DNA of 63,700 bases, filler included, from Basidiobolus ranarum (lineage: Eukaryota), in assembly GCA_040143965.1 (NCBI GenBank). It is 16 parts of 16 records of this genome, joined end to end, with 100 filler letters (N's around TTAATTAATTAA, not from the genome) between each part and the next. Parts side by side here need not be neighbours in the genome. Positions count along the whole stretch, not along the records: positions 59,827 to 63,700 come from JASJQH010009115.1; 15 more parts are not named here. One strand, 5' to 3'. Below, one piece after another: positions 62,234 through 63,700 of this stretch (its first letter is position 1; every line of letters starts with the position of its first letter). Position numbers and translations under genes: made by a program. Below the pieces are notes generated by a model. The model worked only from the letters and a program-made list of their open reading frames with translations, searched no databases and was not told the DNA's origin.

Positions 62234-63096
62234 AGGGCTTATCGATTGGTCCGCTATCACTTTCCGTGATGTTACCCAGAGCCTTTGGTTGTTTGTTGGA
62301 TCCATTGACATACCGACATTAATCTATAATAAAGTATCCCAGATATTACATGTTCAACCACATGGTATTAGATGATTCAGAGTAGTCTATTGGTAGTAGA
62401 GATGCTTGATGTCCTCGCATTTCTAGATATCTCAGTGCTATAAAAATTGTCGACACAGATGAAGACATAGATGAAACCTGAGTCTCATAGTTTTCTATAT
62501 AATATTGTGTGCCATGATCATGATGATCTGACTAGAAATATGGGTGTTGGCAAACAATTTGATTCACCTCACACATCATCTATAGATTGGGGTATTTGCT
62601 TTTACTGACTGAAGGGGATTCTAGAGAGATATGTAACGTTGTAGTGAATTTCATGTAGTGAATAAAATTGATATAGATTCGACATATCAATTTAGTATAT
62701 GAGTTGGTTGTGTTCGAAGACCTTACAGTTCGCCAGTTCTCTACCACAAAATGGAATGCTTGAACGGTTTCTTATATTAGTCGAGTTAATCAGCTTCGGT
62801 TTCATATTTTATAGGTTTATGCAACCAAATTTGTTGGACCGGCTCTTAAATATGTTTAAGCATGGCTCTACAGCCATACGGTGATTGGAGGTGAGTACCG
62901 CAGAAGCCTCTTGGCCCAAACATTCTAAACGTAATATTATGCATACGAATAAATGTCAAATCATACCCCATGTTTACAGTTTGCAAAGAGAAATGAGTCA
63001 ATCCACACGTTCCATCAACCATATATTAATGCTCAACGAGTACACTTTAAAATCATATTCTTCTCATCGCATTATTCCCTCAAACGACATATTATT

Positions 63097-63700
63097 ATGA
63101 ATACTTCTGATCTCGAGAACATCCTCAATGAAGTTGAATTCGATTTAAAGAATCAAACTTTAACCTCTAACGATGAGTGGTCCCCTTCTTCTTGGAGGGC
63201 CAAGAAAGTCACTCAGGACGTAGTGTATGAGGATAAGGAAGAGTTGGCTAAAGTGTTGGCAAAACTTCAGCATTTACCACCTATGATAAGCCCACGTGAG
63301 ATCAAGAATTTGAGAGAACAGTTGTCGGATGTTGCTCTCGGGAAGTCCTTCTATTACAAGGTGGCGACTGCGCTGAACTGTTTGAGTATTGTTCCCAAGA
63401 GCCAATTGAAAACAAGATCAAGATTATACTTCAAATGAGCCTGATTTTAACATGGGGTGCAAGAATGCCAGTAGTCAGAATTGCTAGAATGGCCGGGCAG
63501 GTAAATAATTCACACTGACTTCCTCAGTATATATCTTCTAGCTAACCATAATGCTAGTATGCCAAGCCACGCTCAAAACCCACCGAGATTGTCAATGGCG
63601 AGGAAGTCCTCTCATTTCGGGGAGATAATGTCAACGGTATCGATCCAACAGATCGTAAACCTGATCCACAACGACTCTTAGGGTAAATATTACTCTAGAT
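63097..63700 (+). CDS. Class II DAHP synthase, 5' part, with a single-base frameshift near 63350
   Basis: WSPSSWRAK..Q, LPPMISPREI, GKSF then (shifted frame) LLQGGDCAELF, ILQMSL..RIARMAGQ / YAKPRS..SFRGDNVNG..PDPQRLL. Confidence 0.88.

Noticed and set aside
62520-62613. ATGATGA...CTGA suggesting a C/D-box snoRNA
   Set aside because: No terminal stem; the possible 18S guide (ATTGGGGTATTTGC) is mismatched and not adjacent to box D.

Overview
This window is not one locus. It is 16 unrelated contigs of about 3.9 kb, in decreasing order of length, joined by artificial 100-nt spacers (N44-TTAATTAATTAA-N44), so adjacency across spacers means nothing. The DNA is eukaryotic and AT-rich, with short GT-AG spliceosomal introns and fungal-type genes. 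MCM8 together with this gene set suggests an early-diverging (non-Dikarya) fungus; this is inference. Recognisable genes: Hsp78/ClpB, an amino-acid transporter, NMNAT, an HPP-family protein, a CDF zinc transporter, a PDR ABC transporter, two head-to-head ornithine aminotransferase copies, MCM8, NIP7, cystathionine gamma-synthase, APC5, a DUF4396 protein, RPL24, a PPR protein, RPL18 and a class II DAHP synthase. Other contigs are CpG-depleted transposon debris (Ty1/copia, Ty3/gypsy, piggyBac, CACTA/EnSpm) with decayed tRNA genes. The most striking signal is in contig 2. Three separate copia pol fragments are each cut within 2 bp of the same conserved Phe codon (GYxF motif near the RT/RNase H boundary) by the end of a repeat beginning CCCTAAC. 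This suggests a DNA transposon that inserts site-specifically into copia retrotransposons. Other leads: the near-identical inverted OAT pair, a KEN-box/FGF Sororin-like protein, a structured RPL18 intron and an odd AGA-anticodon tRNA body. All family assignments come from reading motifs by eye, not from database searches.
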